Assembly: GCA_973895155.1 (NCBI GenBank)
Contig: OZ316896.1
Span: forward strand, 20,138,754-20,202,753
DNA from: Marsupella aquatica
Taxonomy: Eukaryota; Plantae; Marchantiophyta
Length of the DNA stretch: 64,000 nucleotides
Direction of reading: 5' to 3'
Each line of letters opens with the position of its first letter. The first letter of the stretch is position 1. Made by a program: the position numbers and the translations under genes. The notes under the pieces are model-generated. The model did not search any database and had not been told where the DNA came from. It saw nothing but the letters and a program-made list of their open reading frames with translations. Below, one piece after another: positions 28,067 to 41,201 of the stretch.

Positions 28067-30278
28067 GCGGCGGAGGGTCTTCAAACTGGGACAGCCCCTC
28101 CCGTGCTGGCTAGTGGGGTGGCTGGCTTTCGCCCCCGGTTCCATGGCCGTCCCATCGGTACTCCTTTGCGTAGCTTACACTCCGGTTGTAAGCGGCGCTG
28201 TTTACCAAGGGGCGGTCTGGATCGCATCGGATCGGATCGGGGCGGTCAATCGACGGTAAGTGGGCGCATTGTATTTCGGTAGACTCTAATCTTACGGCCG
28301 CCCACTACGGTGAGGGAGCTTTTGAATTAATTAAGTGCGTCCTACGTAAGCTAAAAAGTTGCTCCCTGAGAGTGTCCACAAATGGACCAAACCACCATGC
28401 GCGGAGAAATGTTCACTAGCCTGCCTGGGGTTGCCTTCCACACCAGTTGCGTCACCCCAAAACTTGCCTCCATGTGGAGTCGAGGTCTCATGGCCTCCCT
28501 CGAAACCATAGGCTCCAGAGTGTAACTTTGGATCTCAAATTATTGGTTAGATTTTGGTTTAAGTTACTATGGGTCCACTTAGAGACTCTTCCAAATGTGT
28601 AAATTTACACAAGATTCCATGTCATCAGTGAATTCATGGCCATTAGATTTTGCTTTATAAATGGTGGAAATTATGCAATGTGCCTTATTACTTGTGTGCC
28701 GGGTTGAAAAACACTTGTATGGCAAGCTTGAAGGAAATGTCTTGTTCATGTGCACAAATGATGCACATTCTTTGATGCCAAAGTTGAAACAAAACTTGGA
28801 TAATAATTGAAACAAGAAAACAAGATATTAATCATTCCTAACCATTGATTTTGATAACCCTATGCTGACTGAGCCAACTAACTCAAAGGAGCCATAGTCG
28901 AATCCAAAAATGCAATTTTTTGCTTTTAGTGTATTTAACCAAATAAGCTGAAAATTTGTTGAGAGATAGAAAACAGCTAGATGGAAATTGGTGGTTAAAA
29001 TTAAGCTCAAACAACTGAGGTCAAATAGTAGAGTGACCCTTGCGGATGTGTGCACCATTGCCTTAAGTTGTAACCAAGTTTAATCTTTTTATCTTAATGT
29101 CTTGTTTTATTAAGAGCGTTAGTATCCATTGTTGATCTTGGTTATGCTGGTTCTATAGGGAGTGGGCAAATTAAGAGAAATCCCTCTCAATCTAAAGTCT
29201 TCTTCTGCCCTTTCTTTGTAGCAAAGATTCTTAGACAAAGTTTCAATGATTAAATTTTCTCATTTAATTGTCAAGATTTGAGAAAACATTTCCTACTCAA
29301 ATAGAAAGCTCCAATTTTTCTGGCCAAAAGTTAAACTACGTTTAGATCAAGTATCTAAATGTTGTAAATTGGACTTTTAGCATTATCTGATTATAAAATA
29401 ATACAATCAATAGTGACTCTGTGAAAAGGAAATGCAAAAGGTAGGATCTTGGACTAGAATCTTGAACCTTTACCCTGGTCACACTATGAGTGGCCCTACA
29501 AAGATATCTACTCTGCCACTTGAGGCCTAAACCCAACAACATTCCACCTGCCCAGCATGAAGTGTCCCTTAAGCCTCTCTATAAAATCCTCCCTAGGGAC
29601 ACCAAACGATCATGCGCCAAGCCTCCTGCCGAACTACACAAGCACAACCTATTATTAGTCCCCAAAACTTTGAATACAACACCTGGATATCTCTAGTCCC
29701 AACTATTTTTTTGTTCAATCATAAGCTTTACAGTAACTATGGAGAAAGCTACATTTCATAATATTACAAAATAATGCTTCAAAGTAAAATTAATCTTAAA
29801 ATCTAGAGCATGCAAGAAAAGAGGTGGTTATTCACACGTGGAGACTACTCTATATAACCCCTCTCTCCACCATCTATGATACTGTTATACTCATGGTTTT
29901 TACTTTGTTTTCACTTGCGATAATTACTAGCTTAAGGAGAATAATAATGAAACTTTTATTTCCAATTGTCATTAACAAAAAATTACTTAGCTCAAGATAG
30001 TCTCACACCTATTTTACAATTACTGTTGGTGGTTCAATCCAAGCCATCGTTTTCTTCTCACATCCTCTTATTGTTGTACATGGGCTTTTGACATCATTCA
30101 TATAAAATGTAAGCAAACAACTATACAATAGTCCCTTGAATGCATCAGCTGTGATCTACCTAAATGAGGCAATGTTATGTACCTGATGGATCTGGACCCA
30201 CATGCTAATATTTTCAGCATACTCAAAAGCAAGGCATTACTTATTCTTCCTTTGAAGAAACAACTCAGGGTGTGCATA

Positions 30279-30396
30279 ATTCTAACATATAATTTTAAAT
30301 TATGTCAACATTACAAGAGATTAAATTTTTTTATGGAGGTTAGAGGGGCTTGAACCCTCTGGGTCTAAAAACCCAATGGATTTTCTTTTACAATTT
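30279..30396 (-). pseudogene. trnL-UAA: Degenerate plastid trnL(UAA) 3' exon (30334-30384) plus trnL-trnF spacer carrying -35/-10 boxes (NUPT)
   Basis: Minus strand reads AAAATCCATTGG...GAGGG-TTCAAGC-CCCTC-TAACCTCCA, a perfect T-arm in the layout of a trnL-UAA exon 2. It is followed by TTGACA-N18-TAGAAT, the element known from bryophyte trnL-trnF spacers. Confidence 0.7.
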
Positions 30397-30922
30397 AAGA
30401 ATAATCTTATAATATTCTATATGAATACCATGGTACTGGTGCTAGTAAGAAAACCATGGATTGGAGGTCGCTACCGAGAAATCTGTGTTCACAAGTCAGT
30501 GTTGTTGTATGAGTTACTAGATACAAACTTAATATACAAGAATGAGAGACTCTTGGTGGAACATTCGTGACAATATGTCATAGATTCAAGCACTAAATAC
30601 CCACGAGTGTAGTTCTAGATTCATCAATAGTGACATGGACTTAAATGAAGTGAGGGAGATTGTGGGATGCCAAAGTTAGTAGTAGTTGTCAACTAGAGTT
30701 AAAAAGTACATAACTATAGTTAGAAATAACCACGGTTAACGGAAAAGTAGGGTTAGAAGAAAAAGTAACGTATTGTAGGTAATAAAAGGATGAGACAACT
30801 AGGAGATGACTAGGTTAGGTAGGCCTTGGTTAGGTTCAGGAGAAGTGGGTTAAGTTGAGTCACTTAAATACTTATAACGTAGGAGATAACGCATAGCCCA
30901 CTCCGCTAATTTATGAAAAAGT

Positions 30923-31266
30923 TGTTGAACATAGACGACATTCGTAACGGCAAGCCCATGAACCATCCAACGCACAAGAGTCGACACAGAGAGATACATG
31001 GTTCACCTCCACATGAGACTACGTCCATGGGAACACAAAAGAGCTTTACTGCACTCTAGGCCGACCGGCCATACCAAGTATCCACAGCACAAGCTCTCCC
31101 TATCTCTCAACTAGCTCAATCACAATGAGCCTAAGTTCCACCAGGGTCTGGCATCAGCCCTGGCTATATACACAATAGCACTACCGCTAACATTAGCTAA
31201 GTCCTAACCCAAGTTAGCCTAACTGTAGTTAGCTCATGAGTCACAAGACTAGAGCAATATCTAACA
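30923..31266 (-). mobile_element. Solo LTR (344 bp), same family as 4930-5273
   Basis: TG...CA termini and a perfect 5-bp TSD AAAGT (30918-30922 and 31267-31271). Confidence 0.9.
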
Positions 31267-31278
31267 AAAGTCACAAGG

Positions 31279-32467
31279 TTTTGTTTTTTTTTGTTTTTTC
31301 CAAAAAGGGGAGTGCAAGGCCCATCAATAACAAGCACGGGGACAAAAGCCACTCGGAAGAAAACAAAGGGGCTCAACACCCGGGCCAGAGACCCCAGAAA
31401 CACCAACCCTAGTCAGGCCAGAGAGCCCAACCATGCCACCACAGATTCTCCACCCTGGAGATCTTGGAATTCATCAAACTACACTTCTCCTTTCCCTCTC
31501 TATGATTCATCCTATGTTTTCTCGTAATTATTATCCCTAAGCTGACACTTATCATTGGTGTCCTCATTGAGATGCTTCCAGTCATGATTATTCTCCTTGC
31601 TACTACCCCTCTTGGGATTCTCGCTCTTGCGAGCGCAATGCCAACCAATATGTCCCACACACTTAAGGTGTTGGCTACTAACACAAAAAAACATCCTGTC
31701 AGTCATCATTATCGTCCATGCAGATTGAACGTGGGCTCTCCACAATCTCCCAGGGTTGCAGAACCACTTGGAGTTGACTGATAGCTTTCCTCAATTGTCT
31801 CCGTTTGTTTTCTGATTTGTTGACATCAAGCATGGCAAGAAGATGCTTGGCGGTTTGCCGTAATACCGCCATCGCAGTTGTTTGTAGAATTCACGAAACT
31901 CAACATCTCCAGTCTGCGTGTTGCTATGAATTTTATGTTGTATATCTGCCGTATGAGTCCACTCTCCTTGTTCAGTCTTGAGATCCCTAAGGTTCTTGAT
32001 GGCACGATTGGCAAGGAACCGTCTTAGATCAATACCTTCTTGCTCCGTCATGTCCCCATCCCGTAGGAAAAGCAATTTGGTCTGTTTGATGGACAGGTGA
32101 TCCGGCAGTACGCAAAGCCCAAATTTGAATTTCATAAACCTACTCTTCTCAAACCACCCGTTAATCAGGTCACGCAAAGTCGGTGACTTTTGTATTGTCA
32201 TCCTGTCGCTCACAGGATAGCTTCCATTGGTGTCCACTTCCTTTGTTCTTTTTTGCCAGCCCCTGAATTCAATCCTTTCTGAATGATCTTGTTCGCCATT
32301 TGCACCCAGTCCCGGTTCTCTCCTGTGAAGATCTTAGAGATATGTCTCATCTTGAGCAGCTTGGCTTGTTCCTAAAAGGCCAACAATCCCAGACCCCCTT
32401 CACCTTTAGTGTCGGTAATAACCTGCTAGGCGATCAACGCTTTCTTGTACGCGTTGTGGTCTCCTTT
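31279..32467 (-). mobile_element. 5'-truncated, decayed L1-type LINE (post-RT C-terminal ORF2, 3'UTR and A-rich tail)
   Basis: Minus-strand translation near 32460-32240 gives KKALIA*QVITDTKGEGGLGLLAF*EQAKLLKMRHISK, the plant L1 W...KxEGGLG motif, with stops. An A-rich tail appears as the T-run at 31279-31299. TSD TCACAAGG lies at 31271-31278 and 32468-32475. Confidence 0.82.
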
Positions 32468-35183
32468 TCACAAGGTAGAATTAGGTCCTAAAATTCAAAG
32501 CATAGATAGTATTAGGTCTAGGTAATGCACTGGCAAAATGTCAGCCCAAACGAAAGTCCCAGTAATGAGTAAGAAAATAGGAGAAATAAGGGCTTGTGAT
32601 AGTAACTCAAGAAAGGGAGGACAAAATGTGTTATAGGAGTTAGTGAAGAAGGCTGGGTGTCATCACCTGAGCCCTTCTCATAAGGACAAGATACATGGAA
32701 AAAAATCTACGTAGCAGACAAGGAAATGGTAGCAAAATTTAGGCAGAAAAATAAGGAGAAAGGAGTTGGCTGCATTGAAGAAGTAACAAACTCTTCCATA
32801 AGGACAATTCCTGTTGACTCATGGAAACCGGGGAGATCGCATGGAGCAGCTGGATTGAGGGCAGGGAGAGATAAGGAAGAGTTGGAAGGATGCGGGGAGG
32901 AATTTTATGGTGTTGTGTTGCTGCCTCAATGCTGGCGCTGCTGCTACCATTCAATTGTTGGGTGTTTTTGCTTCTATTGAAGCTGCTCAATGCTGCTACG
33001 CTGCTGAGAGAGCTAGATACGGCTGAGAGAGCCCATTATTGATAGATTTTGCTGCTGAATGGAGAGCTCATGCTGCTTGCTGTGCTCCTTCTATGCTATG
33101 CTGTCAGGGAGGAGAGAGGCGTTGTTGAAGCATTGAATTGTTATGAAATGGAGGCTATGGAGATTGAGCTCTGCTGCTAGAGAGTTATGTTGAAGGAGCG
33201 CTGCTAAATAGAACAGGTTATGTGCAACTGCTGATCTAGATTATGTGTTGCTGCACGAAGGTTATGGGCTGCTGCTGATCGTTGTTGGGGAGTAGTATGT
33301 TGGTGTTGCTGTACTACTGTTGCTATTGGCTATCAATGTTGATTTGATCAGAGCTGTTTGGAGCTGCTGAGCTTTGCAACTTAAATTGAATAAGAGCTAT
33401 CAATGGGTGCTGAAGGGTACTGCCATGGGGAGGAGCGCTACTGAGCTTTGCAAAGAGAGAAAAAAAATCAGTGGGGAGTACTGCCACCGCTTCGCGTTGC
33501 ACCTCATTGCCGCTGCCTCGCGCGCGCTGCGCCTTGTCTAAGTGCTGCAAAATGTTGTTGGCAAAAGAGAGGGCAATGTTCAACCGAGTTTGAACTTGCG
33601 ACCTGCTGCATGATAGGGAATTTGAATGTGCTACCAAGGGAGCCATCAAGGTTATTCGTTTAAAAAGCAAACATCAACTCTACATAAGCTCGTAGTAGCA
33701 TCTTGCCAGACTCGTTTGGAGTACTTTGAGGCCGGTTTGAAGCCGATTGAGGGACCAGGGAGAGTAGGGGAGGACCTAGCAAGGGTGCCTCAACTTTATA
33801 GAGGCCCGGGAGGCCATTTTTAATTCAAGTGGGATGTGTTAAGGAGTTTTCTTGTAGGCCTTAAAAGTGGCCTTTGTAATAAGATGTGGGGCTGTTATGA
33901 AGCCCAACACTTGGTGGGCACGGTTGGGGGATCATGAGAGTTCTAGTTCAGATATTGTTGGTTAGCTGAGTGGGAAGTCATAAACTCTAGTTATAGCAAT
34001 TATAAAGTCGGTGGTGTCACCAGCGGTCTGTCAGGGTAAGTTCTAGCGGAAGTACTCTCCGGTTAAGTCTCAAACTATGGGAAGCATGACCTGTACTTCT
34101 ATGGTAACCCGAGACTCAGTGGCAAAACCCGAGACTCAACGGTAACCCAGGACTGAGTGTAGTATCGACTCTCAGTTAGAGGCCAAACTTGAAGTATTTT
34201 TTCCGTAAGAGATGTTGCTTATTGAATATTTGTAACCCGGTTTGTTGTAAGAGTTACCAAGGGAGTACCCTGGTTACTCATGTCATCAGGAGCTTGTTGC
34301 TGTCCATGCCCTGTGTGAAAGCCAGAGACCTGGTTGTAGTTAAGTTGACCTGTGGTTAAAGTAGAAACTTAACCCGGGTTAAGAATTAGCGGGAAAGTAG
34401 CTACGCCTACGTTAAGTTCCATGGTGACCACTAACCTAAGTTAGCACCCTAGGCATGGTTTGGTTTGGCTTGGTTTGGTTTGGAGCCCTGGGGTGTTGAA
34501 ATAAAGAGGAGAAGTAGGGGGCTGCCTCCTCACTTGTTCAGCTGTACACCTTCTTAGAGGCTAGGAGTTTGGGGGCTGGGCTCTTCCTTGGAGTACAACA
34601 GCATGAGCTTGAGGCACTAGGACGGGGGGACAGTGGACTAGTCCACTAGGTAGGCAGCAAGGAGAGGGTCAAGGGAGGTGTTGTGAGCTGAACTTGTACT
34701 ATTCCCTATAGTAAAGACTCATGTGTAAGCCTCAGTCTTGAAGCAACTGTCTAGTGAGATGTCAATCCATTGAGCATGTATGTAGACTCAGGTGTGACCC
34801 AATACTAGAGAGGTGAAGCTTGAAGCTTGTGGATGAGAGCAGGGTCGGCACTTGTCTTGTTGTGATAGAAAGTGGCAGTCCTTTGTGAAGGAAGCAGAGG
34901 ACTCTCTTGTGTGACGGCTACATAAGGAGTCTGCGGGGACAACTTGTGGGTGTGCACTTGCCGTGTTGAGATTGGGAGTGGGGTTGTGTGAGTGTTTTCC
35001 AATGGGAAATCAGGGGAGTGATAGCCACCCTTCGAGGTTATCTTTCCAACGGTGGAAATAAAATTACCCAGTGGGTGTGTGAGTGAGAAAAGAGAGAGTT
35101 AAGGAGAAAGAGACCTTCTGTCCTACTATTCGTTCGTCCTAGGAACCCGGACAACGATAAGAAAGGGCATAAGTGGTGAAGTT

Positions 35184-35256
35184 AACTCTAGTGGAGAGTT
35201 TTTGTTTTTGTTGTTTTTTGTTGTTTTTTTGGGCTTAACAACTCTAGTGGAGAGTT
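35184..35256 (-). mobile_element. Tail-only retro-insertion (39 nt) between 17-bp direct repeats
   Basis: AACTCTAGTGGAGAGTT at 35184-35200 and 35240-35256 flanks a T/TTG-rich tract plus GGGCTTAAC. Confidence 0.75.
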
Positions 35257-36027
35257 AATCCCCATTGCAAGATGTTAATAGAGATGAACATACAAAATGT
35301 GGACTCAGGGTTCAAAGGTCAGTCATTGTCATGTCTACTACGGCCCCTTTTTTACTCGGGTGACTAAAGAACAGTGTATGTATTACAGTGTGTTATATTA
35401 AACTGCTATATATGGTGAATTCACCTTTCAAATTTTGTCTTATTCATATTTTGTATTCAATATTGTGATTTTAATGTGCCTTAACAAGGCAAATCATTTG
35501 TATTAATTTGATTTTGAATTAACTTTTGGACCCCTTTTAATTTTAGTGAACTTGGAATATTTTGAATGAATTTGGCTCCCCTCATAAATGTTTAACCTTC
35601 CTTTTCAATCACTCCTTAATGCATTCTCTTTTTTCTCATGAGAGTGAGAGAAATGAATTTGAACAATGTGCACAGATGGTGTACTAAGTTCTACTCTTGG
35701 TTTCCTTTACAAGATTTATGGTTTTAATTGAGATGATTGTCATTACCTAGAAACAAGTGAAAATCTGTATGTGCACAACTCTTTAATACCTTTGTACTTT
35801 CTTGGTCATAATGTGTTTTTCTTTGCATGTGTACTATGTCACTCACTCTTAATTAACATATATTAATTTCTTGGTATATATTTTATATGTATTTCTTTTA
35901 TCATAAAATAAATCAAATGAATTACATATCACTACAGACAAAAAAAAGAGGCATGTTCCAGGATGAACGTGCTATATTAAACCTATCAGCACACTTTTTT
36001 GCACATATCAACACTTGACTATGTGCT

Positions 36028-36300
36028 GCCAAAAAGATGTTACGCAAAAGATGTCATAGACAAAATAATGTTGTCTGCAAAAAGACGTCATTGCGAAAAA
36101 AAAGATGTCATTTGTATAATAGATGACATTGCAAAAAATATCAAGTTGTGTAACACACATTGTTTGTAGAAAAGTTGTCGCTAAGCAAGAGATCATGTCA
36201 TTTGCGGAAAATAAGTTCTTCCACAAAAATGTCATTGTGTGAACAATGTTATTTGTAAAAATCATATCATTGTGCAAAAGATGTTGATATGTAAAAGATC
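36028..36300. repeat. Degenerate short-period AAAAGATGTCATT-type repeat tract
   Basis: About 10 variants of AAAAGATGT(C/T)A are spaced roughly 20-35 nt apart. Confidence 0.6.
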
Positions 36301-39300
36301 TGTAGGGGCAGACGATGCAAGGAGCCATGGCCATGGCACAGGGCTTGCCAGGTGGGGCAACTCGCCTCGATTGTCAGGAGGTGGAGACAGGTACATGGTG
36401 GCCAGGGTGATGGCAAGCATATGTACTCATTTTCTTGATCCAACGACATGCAAAAATGGTAAACGATCTAAGTGCCATTGATGACTCACATCCACACTGC
36501 ATTTCGTAAATGGATGACAACAATGATTTGTGCGAGATCATGTATTATAGTGTTTGATGAATGGATGGAAAGACTGATGATAACCATAAAATTGATTGAC
36601 TGTAAAATGACCCTCTCACACAATTAAGTCATAACACAAAGAACTCGTGTGGGTCTGCTTATGCATTGCTCTAAGAAGGTACCAGTGCTATGACCAGACC
36701 AAAGGCAGGCCAGGCCATCTCTAGTTACCCAGCTGCCATGGCCTGCACCACTTAGCTAGCACCATCGATGCTGGTGATCTAAGTGGTGTCAAAACAGAGA
36801 AATTGACATCTTCATTTCTTATTCAGTTATGCTTCCAATAAAATCAGAGCTCAATCCAACAAAGAATCCTCCCTACTGTACACATGATCTGCTGTACACA
36901 TGATGCTCCTGTGTAATATCACAAAGTAGCTCACATTGAAGAAGTTGTCTTGTTCAGAATTCTCAGTGTCTTTGGGAGAAGCACCTCCCCGAGGCCTTCT
37001 TGCATTTTGAGTCTGTGTTCTAAATGTGAGTTGCTGATGTTGAATTTGAATATGAACTTACCCCTAACTGACCAATCTATGAAAACTTTCTTCATAAGTG
37101 AAGTTGGTTTTTGGTGCAAAATCAAAATTGAGGGCATTTCATTAGCTGTGAATGCTCCAGCAGACGAGGGACTTCACAAGATTGTAGAGGGAGATTGAGT
37201 TCACAAGATTGTAGAGGGAGATTGCTGCAAATGAAAGGCATACAAATTAGTTCGTGGACCCCCTATTAACGGAAAGCTTCAGACGACATCAACCCCTTGA
37301 ACTCCTGAAAGTCCACCTTCCCATTAACGCCCGCATCAACTCCCTTGATCATCTGCTGACACTTCTTATAACTATGTCCTTCTTTCATGCCTAGGCTCTT
37401 CAACACCATCTGCACGTAGACGAGGCCCTTACTGAACCCTGCTAAGCTTGCTTCTCTTTCGTTCGCTCGTGCCTCATGCGTTGGACAATCTGACAGTAGC
37501 GAGAGGCATCACGGAGTTAGGAACTGCAATGATGACGCCATGGAAAGGAGTGCTGAGTGATCCAACATAGAATCATGTCCACTTCTTCCTTCGTTGCAAC
37601 AGAAGGTCGAGAAAATTGCCACGATTACTTTGTCATCAGATCAACTTGCTGAGAGAGATTTAGTTATTATTCAATTGAAACACAATTCAGAATGCGGGTG
37701 GGCAGCAGTTACTCAGGGTAAAAAAAAGTGAAGGTGGGCCTCCTAGTAATTGAACAGTCTGTTACCTAGGGTAAATAAAATGGTTATTTTTAAAATAATT
37801 TTACATCATGGTTTACGGCATGACATCCTCAATTTTACCAAAATCATGCCACAGACACGAATGTTGAAACAATTTTATTTTGTAAACCAATTTGTACCTA
37901 TTTGCAGCGCATCTCGATGATGTGGCGCGCTGTGGAGTCTCGAATTTTGGAAGGGACCTCTAGTGGGGTCCGTAAATACAAATGGAAACAATTGGGGAGG
38001 GCATTAAGTGTATCTACAGAACCCTTGCGCCTCTGTATCCCCCCAGCCCCTGGTCACTTGGTGTCTATCTAGTCCTTTTATCTGTGGTTGAACACAAAAA
38101 TAAAGGTCGCCTTGTTTCACTCCAACAAAGTGCTAAAACATAGAAATCATCTAATGGAGCTTTCCAAGCTTGTAACCAAGTTGATTATATATTTATATTT
38201 TTTTACAGGGTGTGCAGATTTCACTTCACCCCAATGCTAACACGTAAAAATCATCAAATGGAGCTTCTAAGCTTCTAACAAATTTTTTTGTTTATCTAGA
38301 TGTGTTATTTCTCTTGTAGGATACGGAGGTTGATGCCTTACTGCACTGCACCACAACAATTGATTTTGGGGACTAGTTACTTTTAAACCCCAAAAACCTG
38401 AGAGGTACTCACAAAGAAAAGAACATTAATACTCTTTGGACATATAACTCCCATGGACCACCAGCCAGACTGGGCAAGATTCTTGGATAGATCTAATTTT
38501 GTTTGTTTATAAAAACCTATCTGTATACTTTGCTCCACTTGGTGCTTCTTTTGTGCATATTTGGACAAAAATTGAACCTATCCGTAAAACTTATTTGACC
38601 CGGCTTGACTGGTGACTCTTCTTTGACAAAAACTGACACGAACATGACAGAAGGAGCACAAAACAAAAGATTTGCATGAAAAATATTCTTGGCATCCAAA
38701 TTGATGTAAAAAAAGTGTTTCAAAACAAGCACCACTACATACCAAGTCATGAGTTGTATAGACGCTTGTTGGTTTGGGTATCAATAAGTGCTTGGCCGAT
38801 CATCAGCCCAATGTCAACCATTGTGGCCCATCCTAGCATCAACTTCTCCTATTTGAGTAAAGTATTATTATTTCAATACTCTCTCCTGGACTTTATAAGA
38901 GGTGATGGTCTATCTACAGTAGGCATATGTCTCCAAAAGGGCAACAAGAGTAAAAGATATAGCTCAAAACAAGGAGGGAGGAAACCAAATAACAGGTGTA
39001 ACTTGCATGGCAGTGAGAGAAAATATACTATAGTCTACAGTGCACAAGTGCATTCCATCAGTAACTGCAGGTTGGTCGTGTAGGCACCTAATATAAGAGC
39101 AATTTTCTTTGTAAATGCACCAAATAGACGCTATCTGCAAGTGCACTTATATTGCTCTTATAAGAGCAATGAATTGTGCACTATTAAGATTGGGGTATGC
39201 AGAGTCCAAAGCATATGACTTGACAAGACCCATGCAAAGTGCATAAGCAATATCACTTGCACTTTTTGGAAAGTGCAACATGTACTTATGGATAAGTGCA

Positions 39301-41201
39301 ACATGACACCCATGCACTTGTGTGATATAGTGCATAACATGGATAAGTGCCCGTTTTGAAGTGTCTTCCGGGGACCTGCATTTAGACATGCTAGACTCTA
39401 TCAAAGTACAGGGTTGAATTTGTTTCTAAAGACAGTCCATCCAGGTTCTTCCTGATACGCGAAGGGTTTATCCAGGCATATCTGGAACAGGGGCAAGACG
39501 TGAAACATGTGGTCAAAAACAAGTAGGGGGTAAAACTAAATAGCAGCCGTCAGCTGTGGAGGAGAGGTGGCAGTCGTGGCAACAGCCCACCTGCCCAGAT
39601 TTGACCGCGCCAAGTGCAATCGCATCACTGTACCGGACCGGTTTCGAAATTTTCTATTTTCTATCAAATTCCAAAAACTCCAGAAACCAAACGAGTGGTC
39701 GAGAAATAACTCGAGTCACACGATTGGCCACCAAAGGCTCACCCATGGAAATACTGACACCCGTTGTACTCTGAACTGTGAAAAGCCCCGAGTACGGCAC
39801 CCGTCGTGCGCGAACTGGAGCGGGCCGACGGCGCACCCATCCCTCAAAGTGATCGAACGGCGGTAAACGCGATGGCACTTCGAGCTGTGAGTTTTGACCG
39901 TCGATAGTTTCACCGTTGACGGGAGTTTGGGGACAGTCATGATGACAGTATTCTCATCCGGAGGGTGGGACCCCCATGCCGGGTCGGGAAACGGTATCGG
40001 ATATCCGGAGATACCGTATACTGTATACGGTCGGTACCGGTACTGTATGGTGGAGTAGGGGTACCAGGCCGATGCCATCGTGTTTGTCTCAGGTGCCTGA
40101 GAATTTTGTGGGCTGACGAAAGACATGGAGCTCCATTCATTGTTGGGAAATCCATCCGCCGAGCTCCGCAGATCCAATCAATAAATCCCATTCTGCTCAG
40201 CAGCTCGCCCTTCCTCAGTATCGAGCTCGAGTTCCCGATTGAGGTCGAAAATCAGTACAGTGGAGTGGAGAGTATTATTACTTATGCTCCTGTTTCTGTG
40301 CGCTTTTCTGTGAGCTGCTGTGCTCGTGGTAGAAGAAGTGGAGGGCCACACAGCGAGGACAGAGGGTCATGGTGGGGCTTCGGCAGTGATTGCAGCGAAG
40401 TGTTGAGGTCACTTTTTGGTGCTCGCTCGCTAATCACTGCTGCGCTGGAGAGCTTTTCTATCTACTTGGCGATCTCTCGGCCCCCGCCGGTTGGTTGTGT
40501 GGCGTTGCTCCTCCTCCCCTTTGTGGTTGGCTGGCTGGCTCGCTCGCTGGCCAGAGCTGAGCTGAGCTGAGCTGAACGAGCTCGCAAGTGCAAACAAAGC
40601 GGGAAAGGGCGGAAAGGCCCGCAGAAGGACAGCACCCAATCTGTTTGTCCGCCGTCTGTCGATCTATTTGTCTCTCCGAGTCGTGGACCCGAACTCCTGT
40701 GGTCGTGTGGAGTTTCCATCGTCGTTTTTCAATAACTTCGGAGACAACAGGGTCCGAGCGAGATCCTGGCACAAGGAGACGGATTGGCGTACACAACGCA
40801 TATGTGCAGTAGGATTGTTCGTTGTTGCTGTCGGGTTTCCTCTCGTTGAAGTGGATGGACAGCATTGGTTGAAGCAATTTTCTCTGCGGATAAGGGCCCT
40901 GCGGACGGACGGGTGGACACCACTTGTTACGGAGAGCCCTCGCTTCGCTCGAGAATCATCGTCTCGTCGGGTTTGATTCTCTCTACTTGGAGCTGTAAGC
41001 ATCAACGAGCTGGGTTGTCTGATAGGGGTGCGATCACAGAGTCTCTCGAGGTTTAGTTCTCACTATTCCTAGCTGTGAGCAATTCTGAGCTGTGTGATCA
41101 CAGAAAATTTAAGGACCAGGATAGAGGACGTCCTACGTGCTGGCGGCGGGTTGGTCTGAGGCTGGTAGTTTTGTTGTGAGATATTGTGTCTTATTGGAGC
41201 A

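Larger units (their letters stand above)
30661..35269 (-). mobile_element. Probable large (~3 kb net) gypsy-like solo LTR hosting three younger insertions
   Basis: TG...CA ends flanked by a 4-bp AGAT repeat (30657-30660 and 35270-35273). An LTR-like TATA (minus-strand CCTCTATAAAG) lies near 33795, the body is GCTGCT-rich, and there is no gag/pol ORF. The boundaries are inferred. Confidence 0.45.

Noticed and set aside
37528-37655. Possible box C/D snoRNA (ATGATGA...CTGA)
   Set aside because: No terminal stem and no recognisable rRNA/snRNA antisense element; such boxes occur by chance.
39965-41056. Overlapping 100-200 aa ORFs upstream of PSY
   Set aside because: Non-ATG starts in GC-rich promoter/leader DNA, open in several frames, with no motifs.
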